From Candidatus Dormiibacterota bacterium (GTDB lineage: Bacteria > Chloroflexota > Dormibacteria > Aeolococcales > Aeolococcaceae), in NCBI GenBank assembly GCA_963718525.1, contig OY970355.1, positions 2,848,001 through 2,912,000 on the forward strand: a stretch of DNA of 64,000 nucleotides, read 5' to 3'. Under the pieces are notes generated by a model. The model did not search any database. It was not told the origin of the DNA and was given only the letters and a program-made list of their open reading frames with translations. A program made the position numbers and the translations under genes. This document shows positions 55,688 to 63,724 of this stretch, piece by piece (the first letter of the stretch is position 1; every line of letters starts with the position of its first letter).

Positions 55688-56614
55688 ATGGACTTCTCAA
55701 TCGGCGAAGTGGCTCGGCTGACCGGCCTTCCGATCAAGACCATCCGCCATTACTCGGACATCGGCCTCGTCGCGGCGGTCAGCCGTACCGATGCCGGGTA
55801 TCGCCGCTACGACGAGGCCGGGCTGGCTCGCCTCGAACTTATTCATGCGCTGCGCGATCTCGGGATGGATCTTGCGAATATCCGGCGCGTCACCGATCGC
55901 GAGACCGGGATCGAGGAAGTGTCCCGCGCTCACGCCGACGCCATCGATCTGCACATCCAGCAGCTCACGTTACGCCGGGCAGTGCTGCGCGCCATCGCTC
56001 GCGGCGTCACCCGGCCCGAGGAGGTACGGCGCATGACCGCTCTTGCCCAAGCGTCAGCAGAGGAATCCCGCCGAATCATGGAGGAGTTTCTCGATTCCAT
56101 CTTCTCCGGCCATCAGGACAATCCGTTTGCTCAACGCATGCGCTCTGCGCTGCCCGTGCTGCCCGAGGAGCCCACCGCCGAGCAGATTGATGCATGGGTC
56201 GAGCTCGCCGGCCTGGTTCAAGACTCCGCGTTTCGTACCCGCATCCGCGAGATGATCGTCGAGGGCGAACGTCAGCGTGCCGCCTCAGGCATCACCGAAA
56301 CCGACGAGGCGACACAGCGTGCCGGGCAGCTTCTGGTGGATCGCGCAAGCTCGGCGGTCTCGGACGGCGTTGCCACTGATTCTGCCGAAGCCCTGGCGAT
56401 CGTCAACGAGGTGGTGCCGCTGTTCGCTGCAGCGGCGGACCGCAAGGACAGCCCGGAGTACCGCAGTGAGCTTGCCCACCAACTCGCGACGTTCAGCGAC
56501 CGCCGAGTCGAGCGCTACTGGCAACTCATCGGACTCCTCAACGGATGGCCGGCGCAACCCTCCCTGATGCGACCGTACGAATGGTTCATGGCCGCGCTCG
56601 ACAACTCGTTGTAA
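55688..56614 (+). CDS. MerR-family regulator with a TipAS-like C-terminus
   Basis: FSIGEVARLTG..KTIRHYSDIGL, GYRRY; RVERYWQL..LNGW. Confidence 0.93.
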   Translation: MDFSIGEVARLTGLPIKTIRHYSDIGLVAAVSRTDAGYRRYDEAGLARLELIHALRDLGMDLANIRRVTDRETGIEEVSRAHADAIDLHIQQLTLRRAVLRAIARGVTRPEEVRRMTALAQASAEESRRIMEEFLDSIFSGHQDNPFAQRMRSALPVLPEEPTAEQIDAWVELAGLVQDSAFRTRIREMIVEGERQRAASGITETDEATQRAGQLLVDRASSAVSDGVATDSAEALAIVNEVVPLFAAAADRKDSPEYRSELAHQLATFSDRRVERYWQLIGLLNGWPAQPSLMRPYEWFMAALDNSL

Positions 56615-56681
56615 TTCCTTGTCGGCGACGAAACGCGTGCGGGCCGTCTCTGCCTCGATTGGCGAGGCCGATCCCCGCTGA

Positions 56682-57218
56682 TCAGGGCGCGTCGATGATC
56701 GGAAGGAACTCCCGCCACGGGCCGATCGCCTGTGTGTACTGCTTTGCCATCGTCTTGCCGATCTGACCCAGGTGATTCAGGTCGTGGACAACCCAGGCGG
56801 CGAGCAGCTGGCTGATCGTCACCTCGCCGAAGGTGGGATGCACACCTCGCCGACTGAGATCCTCGATCGCGATCAATTCGTTCAGTGTCTTGAGATTCGT
56901 GGTCCTCAGCGCCGCGAATCGATCCAACAGATCATTCAGGCTCCAGTCCGCGAATCGGGCGAAGCCGGCCTCGCGGTCCACTGGCTCGAAGACACGTTCG
57001 GTTCCATGTTTGAGAATCAATCGCGTCCGGTCAATCCAGTCGCTCTCCTCCACGAACGTGAGGTGCCCAACGACCTGGTACGGAGACCACGTGTCGGGTC
57101 CTTCACCGCCGGTGATCCAGTCGTCCGAGAGGTCCGCGAGCATGGCCCGAAGCACGTCCGGAGTTCGACGAAGCACTTCGGTGCCGAGCTCGATCGAGAA
57201 GTCCATGACCTCTGCCAT
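56682..57218 (-). CDS. DinB-family protein (thiol S-transferase-like)
   Basis: TWS..QVVGHL, HPTFGEVT, WVVHDLNHL metal triad. Confidence 0.92.
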   Translation of the reverse strand: MAEVMDFSIELGTEVLRRTPDVLRAMLADLSDDWITGGEGPDTWSPYQVVGHLTFVEESDWIDRTRLILKHGTERVFEPVDREAGFARFADWSLNDLLDRFAALRTTNLKTLNELIAIEDLSRRGVHPTFGEVTISQLLAAWVVHDLNHLGQIGKTMAKQYTQAIGPWREFLPIIDAP

Positions 57219-57258
57219 CGTAGGACGCCAACGGACACACGGCCGGGCCTCGCGGATG

Positions 57259-57287
57259 TTGCGAACGGTTGGGCAAGTCTGTAAAGT
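57259..57287 (+). promoter_or_regulatory. sigma70 promoter of the putative small RNA
   Basis: TTGCGA-N17-TAAAGT with no credible downstream CDS on +. Confidence 0.7.
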
Positions 57288-57291
57288 CACC

Positions 57292-57438
57292 GGTTGCGGG
57301 CCCACCCGTCAGAAATGGCGAGTGGACGGCCCGGAAAGATGGTGGCCCATCAATCCGGACGAGGGTCGAGCCTGAGGGCCACCGAAAGGCACCGCCTCCC
57401 GTACTGAAGGCCCCGCGTCGCAAGATGTGGGGCTTTTC
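57292..57438 (+). ncRNA. Putative structured small RNA, about 145 nt, possibly Ms1/6S-like
   Basis: Promoter; GAAA-capped hairpin 57298-57332; stem GGTGGCCC/GGGCCACC 57341-57383; GCAA-capped terminator with U-tract. Confidence 0.7.
57407..57438 (+). terminator. Intrinsic terminator
   Basis: AAGGCCCCGCGTC-GCAA-GATGTGGGGCTTT followed by TCTCT. Confidence 0.8.
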
Positions 57439-57498
57439 TCTATGTCGGGGGACTGGCGCTTGGAAAGCCCCACGCCACCTCGCGTGTCTGAATGCAAG

Positions 57499-57675
57499 TC
57501 AGTCCTTGGAGACGTCCTCTTGAGCCGCGACCTCGACCGCCGTCAGCCGAGAGCCGCAATCCACGCACTTGGCGACCGGACGGTCGGGCGCCTCGACAAA
57601 CAGAGCCTCGACGAGCACCGATGGAAAGGTCAGTGGGATGACGCGGTCACTCCCGCACTGCACACAGAGCAGCAT
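57499..57675 (-). CDS. Small zinc-ribbon protein
   Basis: 58 aa; LCVQCGS...KCVDCGSR. Confidence 0.65.
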   Translation of the reverse strand: MLLCVQCGSDRVIPLTFPSVLVEALFVEAPDRPVAKCVDCGSRLTAVEVAAQEDVSKD

Positions 57676-57889
57676 GGCGCGCAATGCTCTCAGCGCGTGA
57701 GGATCTCCGTCTGTCCGCGAGAGAACCGTCGCGGTGATCATGACCTGGCAGCTGCCACCTGCTCGTTCATGAACGCGATCTCAGCGGCGTTGTTGGCGTG
57801 CGAGCGCTGCGCGGTACGCCGCCTCGGCTCGGACGGTTTCGCCGAGGCGATCGACAGCCGTTCATCCGCGAGGGCGATGAGCGTGATGC

Positions 57890-58129
57890 TCACCGCCCTT
57901 CGAGGACCCGAAGGCGACGCTGGTATTCGTCGGTGTCGATCTCGCCCCGCGCGAACCGCTCGCGTAGCACCGTGGCGGCGTCCGGCGTGCTGCCATGGCT
58001 GTGGCCAGCGCTCCACCACAGGCGTCCCCGCCAGAGGAAGAGGCCGATCACAGTGATCCACAGGGCGCCGAAGACCAACGGAAAGATCCACCAAAAGCCA
58101 AAGCCGCCGCCTGCCCAATATCCGTTCAT
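57890..58129 (-). CDS. SHOCT-domain membrane protein
   Basis: GGAGG RBS, Trp/Gly-rich TM, VLRERFARGEIDTDEYQRR. Confidence 0.9.
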   Translation of the reverse strand: MNGYWAGGGFGFWWIFPLVFGALWITVIGLFLWRGRLWWSAGHSHGSTPDAATVLRERFARGEIDTDEYQRRLRVLEGR

Positions 58130-58221
58130 GTCGTGTTCCTCCGATGTGTGCGCTGGATGCCAACGGCAACATCGTCGGAGACGCGCAGTGGTCCTGTCGT
58201 CCGTCGGGAAGCGACACTTTC

Positions 58222-58243
58222 GGCTACGTCCGGCGGCGTAGCC
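58222..58243. promoter_or_regulatory. NarL-type dyad upstream of the SHOCT gene
   Basis: GGCTACG-N8-CGTAGCC; core TACG-N8-CGTA shared with 60236-60253. Confidence 0.65.
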
Positions 58244-58257
58244 AAGCGAGGACGTGT

Positions 58258-58932
58258 CTACGCGAGCGCCTGGCCCGGCGACACGAGCCCGCTTTCGTAC
58301 GCAAAGACCACGAGCTGTGCACGATCCCGAGCGCCGAGCTTCTGCATGGATCGAGACACGTGGGTGCGCGCTGTCGCCGGGCTGATCACGAGCCGTTCGG
58401 CGATCTCGTCATTCGAAAGCCCGCAGCCCGCGAGTGCTACGACTTCACGCTCACGCTCGGTGAGGTTGGCCAGCAGCTTCGTCCGCGGTGCGACCCGTGC
58501 CGGGCGTGCGCTGAAGGCCTCGATGACGCGCCGCGTCACGGCCGGCGAGAGCAGCGACTCACCCGCGGCCACAACTCGAATCGCCCGGAGCAGCTCGGTT
58601 GGTTCCGCATCTTTGAGAAGAAACCCCCCGGCGCCGGCGCGAAGGGCTTCGAAGACGTACTCGTCAATCTCGAAGGTGGTGAGCACGAGCACGCGGACAC
58701 CGCTCAGCTCCGGGTCGGCGGCGATCAGACGCGTCGCCTCCAATCCATCCAGGACGGGCATACGGATGTCCATCACCACCACATCGGGTCGCAGCTCTCG
58801 TACGACCCGGAGCGCTTCCTGGCCGTCAGCGGCCTCTCCGACCACCTCGATGTCGGGCTCCGAGTCGACGAGCGCGCGCAAACCGACCCGGATCAAGGCC
58901 TGATCGTCGGCGAGCACAACGCGGACGCTCAC
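58258..58932 (-). CDS. NarL/LuxR-family response regulator
   Basis: VLADDQ, VMDIRMP, LTTFE, LTEREREV. Confidence 0.96.
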   Translation of the reverse strand: MSVRVVLADDQALIRVGLRALVDSEPDIEVVGEAADGQEALRVVRELRPDVVVMDIRMPVLDGLEATRLIAADPELSGVRVLVLTTFEIDEYVFEALRAGAGGFLLKDAEPTELLRAIRVVAAGESLLSPAVTRRVIEAFSARPARVAPRTKLLANLTEREREVVALAGCGLSNDEIAERLVISPATARTHVSRSMQKLGARDRAQLVVFAYESGLVSPGQALA

Positions 58933-60158
58933 CGTCCCCCCAGCGGGAGCGATGCCCACACCCGGAATCCCCCCTCCGGGCGTCTGCCCGCCGAGAAAGC
59001 GCCGGCCAACGCCGCGGCGCGCTCGCGCATCCCCAGCAGGCCGCCGCCTTCGCGAGGCGGCTCGCTCACTGCCATGCCGTCGTCGATGATCTCCAGTTCC
59101 AGTTGGTCACGCTCGAGCACTGCGCGCACGCTCACCCTGGTGCCGGTGCCGGCGTGCCGGGCCACGTTGGTCAGCGATTCCTGCACGATCCGGTAGGCAG
59201 CTGTCGAGACGATCTCTGGGACGTCGTCGCCTCGCTGCGGAAGGTCGAGGTCGATCCGAAGTCCAGCATCCCGCATCTGCGCGGCCAGGGCCGGTAGAGC
59301 CGAAAGTCCCGGTGTCGGCCTGCGATCCGCACCTGCGAGACCCTCGCCCCGAAGCGCAGCGAGCTCACTGCGAAGCTCGGTCAGCGCCTGCTTGCTCACG
59401 CCGCGGATGGCGGTGACCGCTTTGCGCGCCTCCTCGGGCCGGCTCGCCAGGAGATGCTCTGCCACGCCCGCCTGCAGGCTGATGACCGCCAGGCTGTGTC
59501 CGATGACATCGTGCATCTCGCGGGCGATCTGCAGTCTCTCTTCGACCAGGCGCCGGCGCGCTTCCTCATCGCGGCTGCGTTGCGTCCATTCAGCCCGCGC
59601 CCGTGATTCCCTGAGAAAGCGCCGCCGAGCCTCGACAGCGATCCCCGCGACCGCGGCGATGAGCACCCAGACACCCGCGAAGAGCGCCACCGGCCACGAC
59701 CAACCGTACACGGCGCCGTGGACTGCCCCGAGCAAGCCGGCGCCGCCGAGCGCCCACGCCATCCACACCGGGAGCGATCTTGTCGCCCCCAGGACGACGA
59801 CCAGACCAAGAAATGGGGCCAGCAGAATTGGCCCTGGTGGATTGCCCACAAGAAGGTATGCACTGGTGCAGGCGAGCGAGCCGGCATACGCGAGCCGCGG
59901 CCAGCGTCGCCGCAGCGCCAACGCCATCGCGGCGCCCGCGAGCAGCAGGTAGCCGCGGACCCCAATGTGGTGCGCGCCGCCGGTGGCGTGCTGCTCCGCG
60001 GTGCTCGCCGCCGCCAGGAAGCCGGTCAGGACAAGCGCAGGGACCAGGTCGGCCGCCACCGGCGCACGTCGCGCCATTTCCGCCCAAAGTGCGCGTGGCG
60101 ACGCGCCCGACCTGAGCTCCCCGGTGTAGGGGATTCGGGATCGCGGGAGGTCGGTCAT
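58929..60158 (-). CDS. HisKA_3 membrane sensor histidine kinase
   Basis: ERLQIAREMHDVIGH, AYRIVQESLTNVARH, GLLGMRERA. Confidence 0.95.
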   Translation of the reverse strand: MTDLPRSRIPYTGELRSGASPRALWAEMARRAPVAADLVPALVLTGFLAAASTAEQHATGGAHHIGVRGYLLLAGAAMALALRRRWPRLAYAGSLACTSAYLLVGNPPGPILLAPFLGLVVVLGATRSLPVWMAWALGGAGLLGAVHGAVYGWSWPVALFAGVWVLIAAVAGIAVEARRRFLRESRARAEWTQRSRDEEARRRLVEERLQIAREMHDVIGHSLAVISLQAGVAEHLLASRPEEARKAVTAIRGVSKQALTELRSELAALRGEGLAGADRRPTPGLSALPALAAQMRDAGLRIDLDLPQRGDDVPEIVSTAAYRIVQESLTNVARHAGTGTRVSVRAVLERDQLELEIIDDGMAVSEPPREGGGLLGMRERAAALAGAFSAGRRPEGGFRVWASLPLGGR

Positions 60159-60235
60159 GCCTCAGCACTGCGGGTCATGGCCACACCCTAACCGCCGCTG
60201 ACAGCGCCGTCATCCGTTCGCGCGCGGCTGCCGGC

Positions 60236-60253
60236 ATACGCCGCGCGGCGTAT
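60236..60253. promoter_or_regulatory. NarL-type dyad upstream of the kinase
   Basis: Perfect ATACGCCG-CG-CGGCGTAT. Confidence 0.65.
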
Positions 60254-60335
60254 CCGCCGCACGCTCCGAGTTGAGCTGTCGACTCGCCTCTGATCAGCGG
60301 ACGACGAGAGCGGGTTTCCACGACGAGCGCCGCAC

Positions 60336-60788
60336 CTACGTCGCGCAGAACTCATTGCCTTCGGGGTCCTGCATGATCCACCAGTGTCCGGCAGGTCCCT
60401 TGTCGACCTCGCGGACCCGGGTTGCCCCGAGCTGCTCCAGCCGGACGACCAGGGTGTCCAGGCCGCCGGGCTCACTGTGGACGTCGACATGCAGGCGGTT
60501 CTTGCAGGACTTGCCCTCGGGCACGTCCTGGAAGAGCAGCCGCCGGGCGTGCCCAACGCCGCTGATCGGGTCGAACGAGTCCTCGGGGTGACGGATCGCG
60601 GCGTACCCGCGGAAGGTGGTGCGGCCGCGATGCTCAATGGTCGCCTCCGCCCCGATACGGCCGGCCGCCAGCAACTGATTGATGAGCACGCTCGGGTCTT
60701 CCACCTCATACCCGAGGGCATCCGCCCAGAAGTCCGCAAGGCGGGAAGCGTTCGCGCTATCGATGACCAGCTTCCACGTCAATGTCAT
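60336..60788 (-). CDS. VOC/glyoxalase-like protein
   Basis: LADFWADALGY, LLFQDVPE.K..KNRLHVD, MQDPEGNEFC. Confidence 0.93.
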   Translation of the reverse strand: MTLTWKLVIDSANASRLADFWADALGYEVEDPSVLINQLLAAGRIGAEATIEHRGRTTFRGYAAIRHPEDSFDPISGVGHARRLLFQDVPEGKSCKNRLHVDVHSEPGGLDTLVVRLEQLGATRVREVDKGPAGHWWIMQDPEGNEFCAT

Positions 60789-60895
60789 GCGGCCAACTGT
60801 ATTCGTAGCAGGCGCCAATGTTTGCGATTGCACGCCTCCTGGATTTGCTTCTCCCCAGGGTAGATTGGTCTGTGCCGGCATCACGGCCGAGCGCC

Positions 60896-61288
60896 TCAGA
60901 GCGGATTGCGTGCGCAGCTTGCGCAGTACGAAATCAGCCGAACCGCGCCTTGCTCCCGTTCACGCACATCACCGCCGGACCTTCCCACATATGCGAAATG
61001 CTCGAGCTCTGCGCCGCACCGCGCGCATCTGGCTCCGCCACCGACCCATTGATACACGAAGGGCTGCCCACCGATGTAGACACTCGACTGGGGCCACGGC
61101 CGAAACTGTGCGGCGGGCACCATGCGACGCGCGGGGTTGGCGGGAATCGCTCCGAGTGCAAGGCTACCGTCGCGACCCTCCGCAATCTCTAACTGACCTG
61201 CGTCAGCATCGCCGCGCAGCGCGATCACCTCAATCGTCGAGCCCTCGACGCGACCAGCGACAGTGGATTCGAGGTCCTTCAGTGTCAC
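60896..61288 (-). CDS. Hypothetical protein with a C-terminal CxxC-CxxC motif
   Basis: RCARCG...YCASCA; fills the gap between the flanking genes. Confidence 0.45.
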   Translation of the reverse strand: MTLKDLESTVAGRVEGSTIEVIALRGDADAGQLEIAEGRDGSLALGAIPANPARRMVPAAQFRPWPQSSVYIGGQPFVYQWVGGGARCARCGAELEHFAYVGRSGGDVREREQGAVRLISYCASCARNPL

Positions 61289-61396
61289 AGGATCGATACT
61301 GCCACGAACCGAACTCTTCCGTGGACTCTGGACCTGCCGGCGTCAGGCGGCGAGACCGAGCTTCAGATCAGGTCCGGTGTGATAAGTGTTGTCACT

Positions 61397-62173
61397 ATGA
61401 ACAAACAGGATGTCGATCTCGACGCGGTACGCGCGGCGGCCAAGGGCGTCGCATATACGGAGGATGGCTCGACGCCGAACTTCGTCACGTACTACAATCC
61501 AGCGGCGCCCGATGGCGCAGCGTTGGCGTCCGCCTTGCTGCTGACGTCGGAGGGTGATCTCAAGAATCTGGAAGCCATCTTTGGTATTACTCCAACTGGC
61601 ACGCCGTTTTCGCTGTACGTCGACACCGGCACGTTTGGTGCCTACCACAACTCCTGCGCTGATACTGCGCTGCATCTTGCCGCCTTCGATGGCAGCAACA
61701 GCGATCTGGTGCGAATGCTGATGGTCGCCGAGGCAGACGAAGTGTTCATGGCCGACCAGGCGGTGGGCTGGAACTGCGGCGACAGCGCCGGCGAGGGGCT
61801 CTCGCGTGTGCTGGCCACGCTCGCGTATCCCGCGCAGCTCGACGGCTTTGCGACTGCAGCCTCCTGGCTCAACTCTTCTCGTGTCGACTACGTGACCGCG
61901 AGCGAGCCAACCGATCAGAACTACGTCTCGATTGGCTGCGCGACGCTGTTCCTCAACTACTTGACGCACCAGCTCGGCTACAGCATCAGCGACGTCGTGC
62001 GAGCCGGCGGATCGGGACTTGCCGCGACCTACGCGAAGCTGACCGGTAAGCCTGCCAGCGATGCCTTCGCACCATTCAATGCGCTGCTGGCGCAGCACTT
62101 CCCCGTCGGGCAGACTGCGACGCTCAGCGACGACAACCCGTTCCCATTGGGGGCGCCTGCGTCGCGCGTCTAA
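61397..62173 (+). CDS. Hypothetical protein with a zincin-like AExxE motif
   Basis: Strong GC3 bias; GAYH..C, MVAEADEVFM, WNCGDSAGEGLSR, LFLNYL..QLG. Confidence 0.75.
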   Translation: MNKQDVDLDAVRAAAKGVAYTEDGSTPNFVTYYNPAAPDGAALASALLLTSEGDLKNLEAIFGITPTGTPFSLYVDTGTFGAYHNSCADTALHLAAFDGSNSDLVRMLMVAEADEVFMADQAVGWNCGDSAGEGLSRVLATLAYPAQLDGFATAASWLNSSRVDYVTASEPTDQNYVSIGCATLFLNYLTHQLGYSISDVVRAGGSGLAATYAKLTGKPASDAFAPFNALLAQHFPVGQTATLSDDNPFPLGAPASRV

Positions 62174-62760
62174 TCGTCGATGGGGCGGCCGTAGTCAACA
62201 GCATCCAGAACTGCTTCAGGTGCCTTCGACCGCAGCGCGGAGTCGGGCCGAGCACCAAGCGCGTCGTTGACCGTCGAGAACGCGATTCGCAGAGCCACGT
62301 ACGCCGTCATTCCGAAGATCTGCGCGTCGCTATACCCGGCATCACGCAGCGCCTGCACGTCCGCAGGTTCCGTGTGATTCGGGTCGCGCGCGACCTTGCG
62401 GGCCCACGTCGCCATCGCCTGCTCTTCGGGGCTGAGACGATCATCCACGCCCCGGAGAACGCCCGCGGCCGTTTCCGCGTCGGATTTGGCGGCAAGTTTC
62501 GTCCCCCAGGCAAGTGAGCAGTAGGCGTCACCCAACGTCGACGCGGAGGCTGTTACCAGAATGCCGCGCTGGCGGAAGCTGAGGCGTTCGGTCGCGTAGG
62601 TCTCGCCCCTGAGGTCGAACAGGTGGGTCAGGGTTGCGGGCTGATACGCCCAGAGCTTGGACACGTTCATGACATACCCAAGCTCGGCCAGGTCGTCGTC
62701 GAAGATGCGCTGCGCCTCGGCATCGGGCGCCTGTGCTGCGAGAAAACCAACCGTGCTCAT
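62170..62760 (-). CDS. AhpD/carboxymuconolactone decarboxylase-like protein
   Basis: DAYCSLAWG, WARKVARDP, DVQALRDAG, VNDALG. Confidence 0.85.
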   Translation of the reverse strand: MSTVGFLAAQAPDAEAQRIFDDDLAELGYVMNVSKLWAYQPATLTHLFDLRGETYATERLSFRQRGILVTASASTLGDAYCSLAWGTKLAAKSDAETAAGVLRGVDDRLSPEEQAMATWARKVARDPNHTEPADVQALRDAGYSDAQIFGMTAYVALRIAFSTVNDALGARPDSALRSKAPEAVLDAVDYGRPIDD

Positions 62761-63584
62761 GCCGTCTCCCTCGTGATCGCCCCGGGCTTGCGGGCAAGGT
62801 AACCCACGACGTTGATCTCCGCTCGCAATGGCAGGCCGTCACGGACCTGCGCGCGAGCCTCGTTGGTCGCGGCCGCGACCAACGCCGCCTCACCCACGTT
62901 CTGGATTGCCTCATACGCCGGACCGGTCGACGCGATGGCGCGAGCGTACATCTCCGGGTCTGAGAACTCCCACGCGAACGGGATATCCACGCGTTCGACA
63001 TCGATGAAGCCAAACCGTGTCAGCAGCTCCTCGCCGACGCCCGGCCGACCGAGCGCCACCATCGCCGCCTGATTCGCGACCTTCGCGGACGCCGCGAGCC
63101 GAAAGGGTGCGAGCGCCCAGGCACCTGGCGACACCTTGATGTGCCCCCACACCGTGAGCCCGAATCGGCCGCCGGGTGCAAGAACACGATGAATCTCACC
63201 GAGAGCACCGGGTGTCGTTCCCCAGATGCCCCCGAAGCTGGTCGCAACATCGAAACTCTCATCTGCCCACGGCATCGCATGCATGTCTCCCACACGGACG
63301 TCGGCGTGGGGATTCCTGTCGCGAGCAACGGCGACCAGGCGGGAGGACGCGTCGATGCCCGTGCAGCTGGCGCCCCGCGCACGCGCCAGCTCCATGGCCA
63401 GGCCCGAGCCACAGGCCACATCAAGCAGCCGATCACCGTCGCTCACGCCGAGGCGGTGGTGCATCGCCACGTATTCGCGGCAGTTACCCGGTTCGCTCAG
63501 CGTCGCGAATTCCACCGCCTTGCGGCCCCACCCTTCGTCAACGACCGTCCAGTCGCTGTGCTTTCTGGCCGTCGTCATCGTCAT
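62757..63584 (-). CDS. Class I SAM-dependent methyltransferase
   Basis: LLDVACGSG, GIDAS, VGDM..MPW..SFD, RVLAPGG; AGGAGG RBS. Confidence 0.93.
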   Translation of the reverse strand: MTMTTARKHSDWTVVDEGWGRKAVEFATLSEPGNCREYVAMHHRLGVSDGDRLLDVACGSGLAMELARARGASCTGIDASSRLVAVARDRNPHADVRVGDMHAMPWADESFDVATSFGGIWGTTPGALGEIHRVLAPGGRFGLTVWGHIKVSPGAWALAPFRLAASAKVANQAAMVALGRPGVGEELLTRFGFIDVERVDIPFAWEFSDPEMYARAIASTGPAYEAIQNVGEAALVAAATNEARAQVRDGLPLRAEINVVGYLARKPGAITRETA

Positions 63585-63724
63585 GGTCCTCCTATCCCCG
63601 GCCGCTGGTCACGCCGGTTGCGCATCAGCGTGAAGCAAAGCATCGCCAGGCCGACGCATTAAAACCAATATGGGCTGCGTCCATGTGGTGCCAGGGTCCA
63701 CTGGCTCAGTCGTATGCTCGCGAC

